Of a stretch of DNA of 64,000 nt, positions 13,001 to 25,157 are shown piece after piece. Location of the stretch: positions 17,236,001 to 17,300,000 of the forward strand of contig NW_025964383.1 in the NCBI RefSeq assembly GCF_023055435.1. Direction: 5' to 3'. This DNA is from Haliotis rufescens (taxonomy: Eukaryota). The position numbers were made by a program, and so were the translations under genes. Under the pieces are notes generated by a model. It saw nothing but the letters and a program-made list of their open reading frames with translations. It made no database searches and had not been told where the DNA came from. Every line of letters starts with the position of its first letter. Positions within the stretch are counted from its first letter, which is position 1.

Positions 13001-16000
13001 ATATTCAAAAGGAATTCGCACATCTTTTCTTAGTAACACTTTCTACATTTTATACTGCATTTTTAGCCACCTCGCTAAAATGCCAGGGATTTGGGGGTCT
13101 TGCAATCATTGTAAGTAAAAGAATATTTCGAGGTTCATCGCCTTATTATAAAAATATGTGTTTATGATCATGAATCAATATAAAATAGTGATGATACCAG
13201 GTGTTCGCGAAAAGAGGAGCCTGTCCTGCCTGTCCTGATGAATCTTTCTGTACTTTATATCTTAATTATTCCTATTTTGTAATAGTGTCGGGCATATTTT
13301 CCTGGTACCTGCCATAATACATGCAATACAGGCCCTCGGTAGTTTGAAGAACAGTATAACTTCCTGAGATAATGTCAGCTGTCTGTTGCTGCAGGTGAAA
13401 GGATTCACAGTGTGGACTTCAATGATGCTATCAGCAACGGCTACACCGGCAAGCGGGTCCTCATTGTCGGCATCGGCAACAGCGCCGTGGACGCTGCAGT
13501 CAACTGTGCCACAGTAGGAAGGTGAGACCTGTTGGATAGCCTCTCTGTAGGGTTTCTTATCACGGTCTGTCCCCAGCACCATATTCTTATCATAAGAGCT
13601 GACTAATGGTAGTCTCCATGTATCTGGATTGTTGTACCCCTGACCTGTAAGGGCTGGGGTATATGGATATATCAAGGAAATCTATGACCTATTAACGTGA
13701 AAACTCCTGCATTGATTTTTTTCAAGCTTGGTGAACACTGTCTTACTAATAGGAGGGGTGCAGCACAAAGTTTGATGTTAATATTTGGATTTTCTGAAAA
13801 AAAATGCAGATATTTTTCACTTTTTTACATAAACATGCGTACGACGTATGACTTGATGCCATTAGTATTTTATATTATTAACCAGCTCAAACGTTAAGGC
13901 ATCCATATATCTCCAATATCAAAATTGTTCTTCAGCTGATGTTATGGTCGAGGTCAGGGGTATTAGAGAGAACATTCACTCCTTGCCTTATTGCTCATTT
14001 TTGTGTTATGAGTGAGTGAGTGAGTTGGGTTTAACGCCGCTTTTAACAGTATTCCAGTTAATGTGGGAGGAAAGCCCGAAGTGATGCAGGTCTTAGACGT
14101 TTACCACTTCAGTGAAACCCACGAGCACGGGTATGGTGCTGAAAAACCTAGAAACACAATCGGGGCGAACCGGGATTCGAACCCACAATCATAGGTTTCT
14201 GGCGTGCCCAAGGGACGCAACAATGCACAGCGAATCGCTGACCTTAGACGACTGGGCCACCTGTGCCCCCTTTTGTGTTATGAACATTCACTCCTGTTTT
14301 GGTGTTCCTCTGTGTTGCAGGTGTAAGTCAGTCTACATCAGCACCCGCTCCGGGTGTTGGGTCATCCCAAACTACATCTTCGGCTTTCCTACAGATCTTT
14401 ATGCATGCAGAGCTTTTTTCTTGTTGCCATGGAGATGGGCAAATATGGTCCTGGAGACAGTTATTAAACTGGTGTCCGGCAACCCAAAAAAGTAAGTACT
14501 TGATGAAAACTGACCGTGCCCTTTTTTTAGTTCTCTGGTTTCAGGGATAAATTGTGGGAACCTGGGATTTTATATGGTATTTTTTCAGCTACAGATGCAA
14601 AACCAGTTATTTTTTAATAAGAGCTTTAAGCCTAAATATTTTCTTTAAATAACCCACCTTGCAACAATGTTATTTTTGTGGAAGACAACAGCCTGAAGCA
14701 GAATTATATTTTTCAACATTTTCTTGGACAATGTCATTTTATTTATAGAAATCCCCTGCTTCCGGAGAATATGAAATGGTCTGTCCCTTAGGTACATTCA
14801 ATATTGAATCAGATGTGTTGTGAAAGAAGCATTTTTAATGATTGTTTTCATGTGTCATAGGATCATGTCTTGTGGCATTTTGTAGCTGCTGCAGTATCCA
14901 TGGAAACACTAAAGACTTACTGATTTCCAGTTTTCTTTCACAATTTCAGTGCATTGTTTCATAAAGAAATACAAGTATGTTTTTCCAGCAAATGTGTCTT
15001 TTACCATGAATTCCATGACGCTTATTGGTGAATCAGAGGTTTCAAATCACAATAACCACCTCTGAAACGGCTGATGGCAGTCTGTGCCCAAAACTTGTCG
15101 GCCTACAAGCCTTTCTCTTGACATCATATTCAGTAGATCTTTGATTAGCAAAGCTTACTTGACTGAAAGAAATTTTGCTAGACTCGGGCTATGAACTAGT
15201 GGCTAAAGTCACGTACTGTGATGGTTGCTGAAGAATATATTTCCAGTCATTGTCAGTAAGTTCCAAATTCCATTTAACCATTTATGTCTTAGGTAGCTAG
15301 AACAAGAATACAGTATTTTTATCCCCTAACTGAAAGAAATTCATGCCAATGCTGTCTTCATTGTTAAAGTATGACTGCATTGTAAAACAGTGATGAATCT
15401 CTCATCTCGTGTGTATATTCCAGGTGGAACCTAAACCCAAAGATGAGAGCCATGCAGACCCAGCCGACAGTGAGCCCTACCCTTGTCCACCACATACAGA
15501 GGAAGGAGATCACTGTCGTGCCAAATATACTGGTAGGAGATGGCTAGCAGACAAGTGTACGCCAGTTAAACTGTTACTTATCACCCAATGTGATACCTAC
15601 ACACCAGGAACATGCTTGTAAGACTTCAGTGTTTAAAGGGGCACTGATCTAACGCAATTCCCCGGGACTGGTTGTTGCCTTTGTTATTGTTTTTTCCCAG
15701 TGAATACCCGGATGTATAGCAGAAATCTAGACTAGTTCGCGACCTCAGCTGCGCCATTCGTAAGCGCATTAGTCACTTTTATGGGTAGTAATAAGGGCGT
15801 GTGGTCACATTGATCAACAAAATGAAATAGTTTTCGAGATAATAAGGAAATGTAGGTATCTTTGTGAGTAGCATCGGTAATGGTGACAAAGTTTTGATAA
15901 GTCACTTGCTTGGTAATTTTGCGATTTTCGTTTACACTATTTTGACTTGCAACACAAAGTATATATTTCACCTGAGCATATGCTTTTTTTATAGTTCGTA

Positions 16001-19000
16001 TATTTTTTTACTGTCAAATGTGTAACAAATTTATTAAACGTCTAAATATTCAGTTATTTTACAAAGTGACTGAAAAACATTTCCATCTGTATTATTATGA
16101 CAACGAATTCCAAACATTTTGATGTTTAATGTCATCACCAAGAGACTGAAAATGTAACGTTGAAAAGTACATTTCTAAGTTGTTTGGCTTTTAATCCTAC
16201 ATAATAATCTGTTGTGATGTTTGTAGGCCCTTTTGATCGTCTTGATCAATCTGGACAGATGTTTTGGTCAAAATGACTGAAATATTTACACATTTTATAA
16301 ATTGCCTGAGAGAATCACATTTTACAAATTGACGGTAATATATACACGCTTACAAAGGAAAAGACCTGTGAAAACAACGTCTATCGCGCATTGAAGAATT
16401 TCCCAACCAAGACGTAGAGTGACAAGAACGAATCGGTTCAAATGAAGGAAAACAAAATGCAGATATCATAATTACAACCTACCAAATTTATGTGTATAAG
16501 TTTTAGGCAGCTTCCTTGTTCGAGGAATGTATCCGTGAATATCCACACAAAGGAACAATATCCCACTCGTCTGCAGCTGTACAAAGAAAGTTATTCGATG
16601 TCACGTGTCTCAGTAACAATCAAATATTTTAAAAGATATATATCGTTTCGGGATATTATAACCCGTGTTCATTTTTCAACTGATCGCTTGGATTGTTTCA
16701 GGTGTTTTACATAGGTGTCAAGTCTCAATGGTCGGCTGAGAAAGCCCACGTGACAACTATTTTCATAGCGTCCACGGTTCCTAAAAATTCCATTGAGTGA
16801 TAGATAACAATGATCAATCAATCAACGTATTATCAGTTAACCCTTTGAACAAAGTATGTTGTTTTTACATCCCCATTTTTTCGCCATGATATGAGTGTAT
16901 TCCCTTTGTTTTAGTAAACCTAGACATGTAAACACTCACTCTTGACATATCCACTGTGCAAGATAACAGTGATTAATCAATCGACGTATTTTCTGTTAAT
17001 CCTTTGATGACTAGGAACGATCCGTTGATTTACAAAAAAAGTAAATCAACTGATCATTCATCTCTTGCTGGGCTGCCACGTGCATATTACATAACACACA
17101 TTTCACCTCACTTCAAACCTGGATTTAGATTGAATAATTACCCCAGACACAATAAATGCCAAATGGGAACCTTTGTCAGGTAATATAAGTGGTGCTACCA
17201 CTAATTGTACCTGTAATAAATTCATTAACTGAGCATCAAGTGAATGACGACAAATACACAAGTGTAGGGTTATACGAGAAAACGTGGATGACAACAAGGG
17301 AGTAGTAATCGTATTATCGACGCAAGCCGAAATCCGAAAATGCTTTCACTGCATGGATACTGTTTTTAGTATTAAACTATAACCATCTGGGGTATTTCCA
17401 AATGACGACATCCGATGAGCTCCCTTGTTCTTTTTGTCTGTTTGTTTAGGCTGAAGAAATGAATTAACATGCGCCCTTTGTCGAAATCTTTATAGATCAC
17501 AGTTAACCAATCAGTGTTCAAAAATGCGTAAAACAAATATTGCCTCCAGCCTCCAAGTTTATTTAGCTGTCCTTGCAGACGGTACCCCAGTCTCTGGTCA
17601 CGCTCAGTTGCGTTGCGTATCATCCGGGTACTCACGGGGGAAAAACAATAACAAAGGCAACAACCAGTCCGTTAGATCAGTGCCCCTTTAATGGCAGACA
17701 TTACAGAGAAGGGGGTGGGGCAAGGGAGTTAACTCCGGTAACTTGTCATTATGACAACCACAAACAATAATGTTGGCATGACCACTTTTTCTCCTTCTCT
17801 ATAGGAGGATAATGAGATTAAACCAGAGGTTGGACAATCATTGACATTTATAATAGTGAAAATTGCAAAATAACTGCCTGTTTTATAAAGTCCAGGATAT
17901 TTGAAATTATGAAATACTTAGTCATTAAGTATTGAAAACTGGTAGGAGACGGCTGGCAGACAAGTGTAGTCCTTTAAAGTACCTGGGTTAGAATTCCAAT
18001 ATGTGAATTGTCCCTTGATGCTAATCTTTTTTTTGTTTTGTTTTGTTTTGTTTTGTTTTGTTTTTGTTTTTGTAGTATATTCTCCTCATAGTTGTTTACA
18101 TCTTGTGTGATACAGTTTCCCGCAATATACAAGTACACATTATCTCGTTACGTCATATGATGACGTCATGTATGGATGTGATCTCTGAGTAAACTATGAT
18201 GGCTTCCTTCCATGTTCTGTTGTGTTTGGCGTGCATACTCCCGAGCATAAATGTGTGAATACATGACAGTTTTGTTTTGTTTGTTGTTTAATGCCACACT
18301 CAGCAATATTCCAGGTATATGACAGCGGTCTGTAACTAATGGAGTCTGGACCAGACAATCCAGTGATTGACATCATGAGCATCAATCTACGCAATTGACA
18401 TACAATGACATGCATTAGTTACAGACTGACGTCATATAGCTGGAATATTTGTGAATGCGGCATTAAACAACTAACAAACAAACCAAGATTATTTTGGGGC
18501 AGTTGTCACATAGCTGCACTTTTACTAAAAATGGTGTTAAAAAACAAACAAAACTCTATCATGTTGTCACTGATAGCTTGTGCTGATACCCTGTGCTGGT
18601 TGAAGTAGGCAACATGGATCTGGTGGTCAGGCTCGGTGACTTTGTTGATGGCATGAATCGTTTCTCACAGTATCATTCACAGCATTGTCTGGTCTAGACC
18701 TGATTATTTACAGGCCACTGTCATATAGCTGCAACATTGCTAAATGCGGTGTTACACAACGAACATACAAACAGAAAATTAAGTTTTACCAGAGAGTAAC
18801 ATTTCAAAAGTTTTGTTGCAGTAACAAATATCTGTCATTTTCATATTTCTAAATTCACATTTCAGAGAATCGAAGGTGAGAAGGTGTATTTTGTGAATGG
18901 GGAGTCTGCCGAGTTTGACAAGATCCTGTACTGCACGGGCTACAGCATCGACCTGCTGTACCTCCCGGACAGTGTGAAGGACAAGGTCGTCGTTGACAAC

Positions 19001-21994
19001 AGCAACGAATTGAAGGTAAAGTCGTTGCTGCTGCAGGGTTTACATAGCCGTAGCCTTGCAAAACAAACGGTTTACAACTTGCTTACGCTAGGTTCAAGAT
19101 AAGGCTAAGAATAATAATTGTCTTGGTTCTCAGGCACCATCCGCATCATCATAAAGTCTGCCACGTTTCATTTATATTTCCATTTTCAATTTAAAAAAAT
19201 GTTCACCACATTATTTGTCGGGAGTCGTTTTCTAAATTTCGAGGTCATGATTTAGCAAGAATCGAGACAATTATGAAGTTGTCAAAATTGTGAGGGGAAC
19301 GTTTTCCTATTCAGGTTTATACCAACTTACAGATGAAAGATTGCATGCAATATCGCAATACATGAACCTTAAATTGCAACACAAAAGTTAAGCCAGTACC
19401 CACAGCAGCTTTATAAAGTTTGAATACATTTGTCGTTGTTACCAGAATCCTGTCTCTCCCTTCATGTAAACAAGTTACTCATTAATTTGATATGTTTGAG
19501 TAACCATACTTTCGCCCGTTTCAGTTGTTCAAGAACGTGTTCAGCCCCGATATCGGCAAGTCCCTGGCTTTCATCGGCTTTGTCCAGCCGGCTTCTGGTG
19601 GGGTGCTGACGATGTCCGAGACACAAGCTCGCTGGTTCTCCGAGGTGATCAAGGGGAGGGTCAAGCTGCCCTCCAACTTTCAGATGGAGCAAGACATCAC
19701 CAGAGAAAAGGTTTGGAAAGTTCTTGAGTGAGAGAGTTGGGTTTAACGCTGCTTTTAACAGTATTCTAGGAAAGACCGAAGTGATGCAGGTTTCAGACGT
19801 TTATTACTTCGATGAAACCCAGGAGCATGGGTATGGTGCTAGAAACATAATCGGGGTGAACCGGGATTCAAACCCACAATCATAGGTTTCTTGTGTGCCC
19901 ATGGGACGCAACTCAAGGCGTCTTAGACGACTGGGCCACCCGTGCCCCCTGAAAGTTCTTGAGAACTCAGAAGAGATATATGTCTGACTGGGATAACTCC
20001 ATGCCCATGGTAGATCTCTGACTTCTGTCATGGTCTGTGTTTCAGAGGATATATTCTGAGAGATGGTACAAGACGGCGCGACACACCATCCAGAAGGACC
20101 CTATACTCTACAACGATGAGGTGGCCTCCTTCTTTGGGGCCAAGCCAGAAATATGGAGGCACCCCCTCCTTGCATGGAGGTTAGTAGTGAGTGAGTGAGT
20201 GAGTGAGATTAGTGGTTGAGTGAGTGAGAGTGGTGGGTGAGTGAGTGAGTGAGAGCGGTTGAGTGAGATTAGTGGTTGAGTGAGTGAGAGTGGTGGGTGA
20301 GTGAGTGAATGAGAGCGGTTGAGTGAGATTAGTGGTTGAGTGAGTGAGAGTGGTGGGTGAGTGAGTGAGTGAGAGCGGTTGAGTGAGATTAGTGGTTGAG
20401 TGAGTGAGTTAGTGAGTGAGTGAGTGGGAGTGGTGGGTGAGTGAGTGCTTGAGTGAGTGAGTGGGAGTGGTGGGTGAGTGAGTGAGTGAGTGAGAGTGGT
20501 GGGTGAGTGAGTGAGTGAGAGCGGTTGAGTGAGATTAGTGGTTGAGTGAGTGAGAGTGGTGGGTGAGTGAGTGAGTGAGAGCGGTTGAGTGAGATTAGTG
20601 GTTGAGTGAGTGAGAGTGGTGGGTGAGTGAGTGAGTGAGAGCGGTTGAGTGAGATTAGTGGTTGAGTGAGTGAGAGTGGTGGGTGAGTGGGTGAGTGAGA
20701 GCGGTTGAGTGAGATTAGTGGTTGAGTGAGTGAGTTAGTGAGTGAGTGAGTGGGAGTGCTGGGTGAGTGAGTGCTTGAGTGAGTGAGTGGGAGTGGTGGG
20801 TGAGTGAGTGAGTGAGTGAGAGTGGTGGGTGATTGAGTGAGAGTGGTGGGTGAGTGGGAGAGAGTGGTGGGCGAGTGAGTGGGAGTGGTGGGTGAGTGGG
20901 AGTGGTGGGTGAGTGAATGAGTGAGTGGAAGTGGCGAGTGAGTGAGTGAGTGAGTGGGAGTGGTGGGTGAGTGAATGAGTGAGTGAAAGTGGTGAATGAG
21001 TGAGTGAGTGACGTTTCCCATTTTGGTGAAACCCACAAGCATGGGTGTGGTACTGACAAACCTAGAAACATAATCGGGGTGAACCGGGATTCGAATCCAC
21101 AATCATAGGTTTCTGCGAATTGCGGTACCTTAGTGTAAATAATGAGTGAGTGAGATTGGTGGTTGGCTAGGGTGCGTAGTGTCCAAATTAGCAAGTGAGT
21201 GAGTGCACTCTGCCTTGTGGAGTCCAACCTTCAGCATGATAACGGCAATGGGGTAGCCTAGTGGTTAAAGCATTCACTTGTCATGGTGAAGACCTGGGTT
21301 CGATTCCCCACATTCGTACAATGTGTGAGGCCCATTTCTGGTATTCCCCGCCATGATATTGCTGGAATAAAGCCACACTCACTCACTCGTGAAAACCCAG
21401 GGTAGAATAGGTCTTCAGGAACCCATGCTTGCCATAAAAGGCGGCTATGCTTGTCACAAGAGGCAACTAACGGGATCGGGTGGTGAGGCTCGCTGACTTG
21501 GTTGATCCATGTCATCGTATCCCAATTGTGTGGATTGATGCTCATAATGTCAATCACTGGATTGTCTGGTCCAGAGTCGATTATTGGCAGACGGCCATCA
21601 TATAGCTGGAACATTGCTGAGTGCAGCGTTAATCAACAAACACTGACCCAGTATGATAAGGCTTTAATTACAGCCCCCAGATAAGTGGAAGAGATGGAAG
21701 ATCATTTGATGAGATATGCATTACCTGAGGACGAAAGACAAATATCCTCTCGTTATTTATGTAACCATGGTAACAGTGTCTCCTCGTCTTTGTAGGTTGT
21801 TGTTCAGTTCATGCGGCGCCTCCCAGTGGCGTCTTCAGGGTCCCCACGCGTGGAGCGGGGCAGAGGAGTTGGTGCGGAAGACGCCCATGACCGACATGAT
21901 GAACTTCACAGGCTTCGTCCTTGTGGTAGTCGTCGGTGTCTTCATGTTGATGGCTCTCTGCTGCATGTGTAAAGTCACCGCCTGCCTCTTCTGA
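9879..21994 (+). CDS. FMO: Flavin-containing monooxygenase (class B, dimethylaniline monooxygenase/FMO5-like), 5'-partial; join(9879..10048,12746..12907,13395..13521,14321..14491,15424..15532,18866..19015,19525..19710,20046..20179,21796..21994), about 468 aa in window
   Basis: All junctions are GT-AG with compatible phases (2/1/1/2/2/0/0/0/2). The spliced product has NVSK..FSDFPFP, the FMO signature FPGERIHSVDF (FxGxxxHxxxF), NADPH-binding GIGNSA, YCTGY (FATGY-like), HTIQ, WRLQGPHAWSGA and a C-terminal hydrophobic anchor. The FAD-binding GxGxxG exon was not found in 1-9878, so it is presumably upstream of the window. Confidence 0.93.
10428..10534. mobile_element. Short palindromic MITE, PIF/Harbinger-like
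   Basis: GGCCCCGTTC...GAACGGGGCC TIRs extending as an imperfect hairpin; 3-bp CAG duplication. Confidence 0.7.
10595..10658 (+). mobile_element. 5'-truncated SINE/LINE tail insertion with TSD
   Basis: ACTTAAGCACCA duplicated on both sides; (ACTC)n tail. Confidence 0.65.
11180..11531 (+). mobile_element. tRNA-derived SINE family D (central region resembles the Meta-SINE domain, from memory)
   Basis: A box TGGTCTAGTGG, B-box-like GGTTTGATCCC; related copies at 1611, 26573 and 27705. Confidence 0.8.
12408..12563 (+). mobile_element. tRNA-derived SINE family B
   Basis: TAGCCTAGTGG A box, TTCGATTCC B box, ACTC tail, TAATATTATAT flanking duplication. Confidence 0.8.
12746..12907 (+). CDS. FMO: FMO exon (DEWVVETC...AVASGHHAKP...GEETFP)
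   Basis: tgcag| acceptor, CAG|gtgaga donor; xSGHH..P motif. Confidence 0.9.
13395..13521 (+). CDS. FMO: FMO exon (GERIHSVDF...GKRVLIVGIGNSAVD)
   Basis: Translated by hand (absent from ORF track); FMO fingerprint and NADPH Rossmann motif; ctgcag|, AAG|gtgaga. Confidence 0.92.
14012..14270 (-). mobile_element. SINE family A with 13-bp TSD
   Basis: Reverse complement of 8309-8590; TTTTGTGTTATGA on both flanks. Confidence 0.85.
14321..14491 (+). CDS. FMO: FMO exon (CKSVYISTRSGCWVIP...SGNPK)
   Basis: ttgcag|, AA|gtaagt; VYISTRSG.WV motif. Confidence 0.9.
15424..15532 (+). CDS. FMO: FMO exon (WNLNPKMRAMQTQPTVSPTLVHHIQRKEITVVPNIL)
   Basis: ttccag|, CTG|gtagga; matches the FMO L.P......PTV...L...I...I.V.PNI region. 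Confidence 0.88.
15637..17687. mobile_element. Non-autonomous Kolobok-like DNA transposon (about 2.05 kb)
   Basis: TTAA TSD (15633-36 and 17688-91); 18-bp TIR AGGGGCACTGATCTAACG plus subterminal IR GGACTGGTTGTTGCCTTTGTTATTGTTTTT; RR terminus with TTAA fits Kolobok rather than piggyBac; no transposase ORF. Confidence 0.8.
18270..18775. mobile_element. Cluster of SINE family C fragments in both orientations
   Basis: 18270-18415 minus; 18417-18485 and 18606-18775 plus. Confidence 0.65.
18866..19015 (+). CDS. FMO: FMO exon (RIEGEKVYFVNGE...ILYCTGY...NELK)
   Basis: tttcag|, AAG|gtaaag; xCTGY motif. Confidence 0.9.
19525..19710 (+). CDS. FMO: FMO exon (LFKNVF...LAFIGFVQP...SETQARW...ITREK)
   Basis: tttcag|, AAG|gtttgg; LAFIG..QP and E.QARW motifs. 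Confidence 0.92.
19727..19949 (-). mobile_element. SINE family A, internally deleted
   Basis: Reverse complement of family A head and tail. Confidence 0.75.
20046..20179 (+). CDS. FMO: FMO exon (RIYSERWYKTARHTIQ...GAKPEIWRHPLLAW)
   Basis: Translated by hand; tttcag|, GAG|gttagt; RHTIQ and Y.DE+A...GAKP motifs. Confidence 0.9.
20187..21010. repeat. Complex (GAGT)n-derived minisatellite with a 60-bp higher-order period
   Basis: Successive 60-nt lines are near-identical (e.g. 20221/20281/20341 and 20521/20581/20641); abuts a minus-strand family A SINE remnant (21010-21114). Confidence 0.95.
21245..21645 (+). mobile_element. SINE family B (21245-21388) followed directly by SINE family C (21389-21645)
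   Basis: Matches 12408-12563 and 7093-7306. Confidence 0.8.
21796..21994 (+). CDS. FMO: FMO last coding exon with C-terminal membrane anchor
   Basis: ttgtag|; QWRLQGPHAWSGA, then hydrophobic GFVLVVVVGVFMLMALCC, then TGA. Confidence 0.9.
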
Positions 21995-22129
21995 ACAAAC
22001 TCTGTTATAAATGTTGTATCAGTCAGGGTATAAATTGAAACCTTGTTAACTCAAAGTCACAAGGTCATCGTTGTCTGTGCCTGAATGTTTAAGTGTACGA
22101 GCAAGAACTTTAGTCTTTATCAGCAGGTA

Positions 22130-22390
22130 TTGCCCTTAACATATACAGTATTATTAGCTGGGCTTATTGTTTACCACCCAGAATTGACGTTTCTGTTATT
22201 TCTAGCAAAGTTTAGCCAAAGGCTATTATTAGCTTAACTAATAGTCTACCACCCACAATTGACTTTTCTGTCATTTTTAGCCTTAACATGTAGACTATTA
22301 TTAGCAGAGCTATTTGTCTTCAATCAAGACGTTTTTTTGTAATTATTAGCAAAGTTTGGCCTTAACATGGGACTATTATTAGCTGAGCAG
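22130..22390. repeat. Degenerate tandem repeat (about 70-90 bp, about 3 copies) in the putative FMO 3' UTR
   Basis: Recurring CCTTAACAT..., TATTATTAGC, TACCACCCA.AATTGAC and TAGCAAAGTTT.GCC. Confidence 0.55.
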
Positions 22391-23331
22391 ATTAAACATC
22401 CTACTTGAGTCATGTTTCTAACAAGTGGCTGAGGTCATTGACTGCTGTTGAATGTGTGTTGAGAGAGCCATCACTGAACCAAGCGGAATAGTGATGTTAT
22501 TCCATATGGTGCAGATACAAAATACTGCCGTAATCCTCATGTTACTTTGTGGTACAAATGATGAAGAGAAGATAGTGTTCACCACTCTTTATTGGCTGAG
22601 TCCTTCGTAACATTAAATATGTTCCGTGCTCAGCCGCTAACTCTCTGCAACACAGAAATTCTCACACATTTGACCATCGCGGGTCACTCAAGCTCATCGC
22701 AGGAGCTCTCAAAACACAACAGGGAGTCATCATTATTTTGGAAACCAATACATATACCAAAACGGCTTGATCAAACCGGCAAACTAAAATATGTCTTTCG
22801 TGGCATAAATGAAATTAAATATTAGTTATTTTACATTCAAATGTCATTTCAACCACTTTGTTATCATATATTGAGGTAGCGGAGATTGAAGTAAGAAGGT
22901 TTCTCTTAATTCAGTGAAGGAGTATTGTCTGCCAATATATTGCCAGATATTGCCTACTGAGTTACACAGTGTGAATCAGGATACATGGGCATTGGGGTAC
23001 GTATCAAAATACGCTCAATGCTATGATTTATTGATTTTATTTATTGAACCTGGGAATTAGAAGTCCTGGGCCAGTACCACTTGGCCAATACCACAAATGT
23101 ATTTTACAATATTATATATATAAATGTGACTCCTTAGGCTAAAAAAAAAAATTGTCTTGGTTCTCAGGCCCTGCCCACATTATCATAAAGTTTATTGCAC
23201 ATTTCGTTTTTGTTTCCATTTTTTTTTTTTTTTGTGCATTGTGTTTAAGTATTAGGATTTTTATAATTTTTTGAAAATGGAAATAAAAACAAAATGTGCG
23301 GCAAAACTATTCTGTCTCGAACATGTATGTA

Positions 23332-23649
23332 CCATATTCGACATAATAAGAGCCCAGGGCACTCTCAAAATTAGAAATAGGGGTCTCTTATTAGACTATT
23401 ATTTTCATGGGAGACACAGAGATAAATTTCGTGGTTTATGCTGACAGCCTGAAATGTTTATAAAGAATTTAATTGCCCACAATTAAGGGTGCATATTACC
23501 CAAGAGTGTGAATTATATGCGAATAAATAAGTCTTTTGTACATTGATCAATCGGAAGGGGTGCTCTTTGGGATTGTTCACTAGCCAATATATTAGCAAAT
23601 ATCACCGTGGGCACTTATTAGAGAGGGGCGCTTATTACGTCGAATACGG
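23332..23649. mobile_element. Same MITE family, copy 3
   Basis: Same TIRs (left one degenerate) and body; TA flanks. Confidence 0.8.
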
Positions 23650-24892
23650 TATAACTACTCGTGTGTCCTGGACGTTGTTGAATCATTACACTTCTGGTCA
23701 GGTGTGTGTCTTCTGAAATGAAGTTGCTGTGCATGAGCAGCTGGGAAACTGTTTATTGTCAGGATATTTCATGTGGATGGGTCATTATGACTCCTTTAAC
23801 AATGTTGTGATGTTATTGTCATCTCTGCCAGATCCTAAGCTCCCCACAGCGCTAGCCCGTTCATGGAGCTCCCTATACTATTGCTGGCACCTGTCAAAAC
23901 TCCGCACTGTGATCGGTGGCCACAACCATGCTTGGAGTTGAACTCGCAACCCACTGACCGTTATGTTTACAAACAAGTGATGACTGACGTGGCACCGAAT
24001 GAATACTCTTACTCCTGCTTAATTATTTTCTTTATTTGGCAATTTGAGTTTCTGTTTCATTACAACTATCTTGTAATTGATGTGGTAAGAATGTAAGCGG
24101 GAAGTTGGTTGATTTTCCGTTTGTCGTCAATCTTGAACCAATATGATCAAACAAACAAACAGTTAAAATCATGTGGGAAATGTGGTCAGTCATAAAACTT
24201 TTAAAAAATAACTACGATGGCATTCCGGAAAGACATAAACAAAAGTATAAAAGTTACTAAATTTGGGGTTAGAGGGCAAATTTCAAGATTCTTGTAATGG
24301 TTGCGTCCACACTGGTGGCAACGATGTTACCGAGAGTGTAACGAAGGTGTCCAAGGCCGTAGTTAACTTTTTTTGACAGGAGGATATTTGTACAAGTATC
24401 ACTTGTCCCCAAATTGTATTTTCATGATTCAAATAAACTGTTTTACCTGCCTCTCCGGCTGGCTACGGCACTGGTGTCACGCACTGGGAAGGAGCTTGTG
24501 CCAGCTCCATGGTAAGGGAGGTAGCTCTAATTATAGTTTGCCATGAGACTGTGGAGATGTTCCAAATGGATGCCCGCTAGTGTTTCTAAACATGACAGTT
24601 TGAATGATAGCCAGTGGTTCTCAGGGTGTTGTATTATTTGTTTATTTTGTGATGTTTGAACTAGTTAAAGTGTTCTGCGATCGGACCATCAACAAATGAA
24701 TTGTTACACCATATGAAGGATTGCTGTCATTGTCTCAGACTGTAATCAAGTTACATGTTTTATACATTGATACAAGACATTGTCGGGAATAACCCAACCA
24801 TTCTTTTCTGGATTTCCAGATTTTCTTGATCAAATGCAACTATTGTATTCGCAGTAATGAACTGTAAACAAGATTTGGTTCCTGGCATGTTG

Positions 24893-25157
24893 TATGTTTG
24901 TTTTGGTTTAACACCTCACTCAGCAATATTCCAGCTATATGACAGTGGTCTGTAAATAATTAAGTCTAGACCAGATAATCAAGTGATTAACATCATGAGC
25001 ATTGATCTACGCAATTGGAGCACGATGACATGCATCAACCAAGTCAGCGAGCCTGACCACCCAATCCCATTAGTCGCCTCTTACGACAAGCAAAGTCGCC
25101 ATTTATGGCAAGTGTGGGTAGCTGAAGACCTAATCTACCCTGGATCTTCACTGGTCT
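24893..25157 (-). mobile_element. SINE family C, near full length
   Basis: Reverse complement of 21389-21645. Confidence 0.8.

Noticed and set aside
20389-21227. 237-aa and 170-aa His/Thr/Leu/Ser-rich ORFs
   Set aside because: Translations of the (ACTC)n minisatellite and an adjacent SINE
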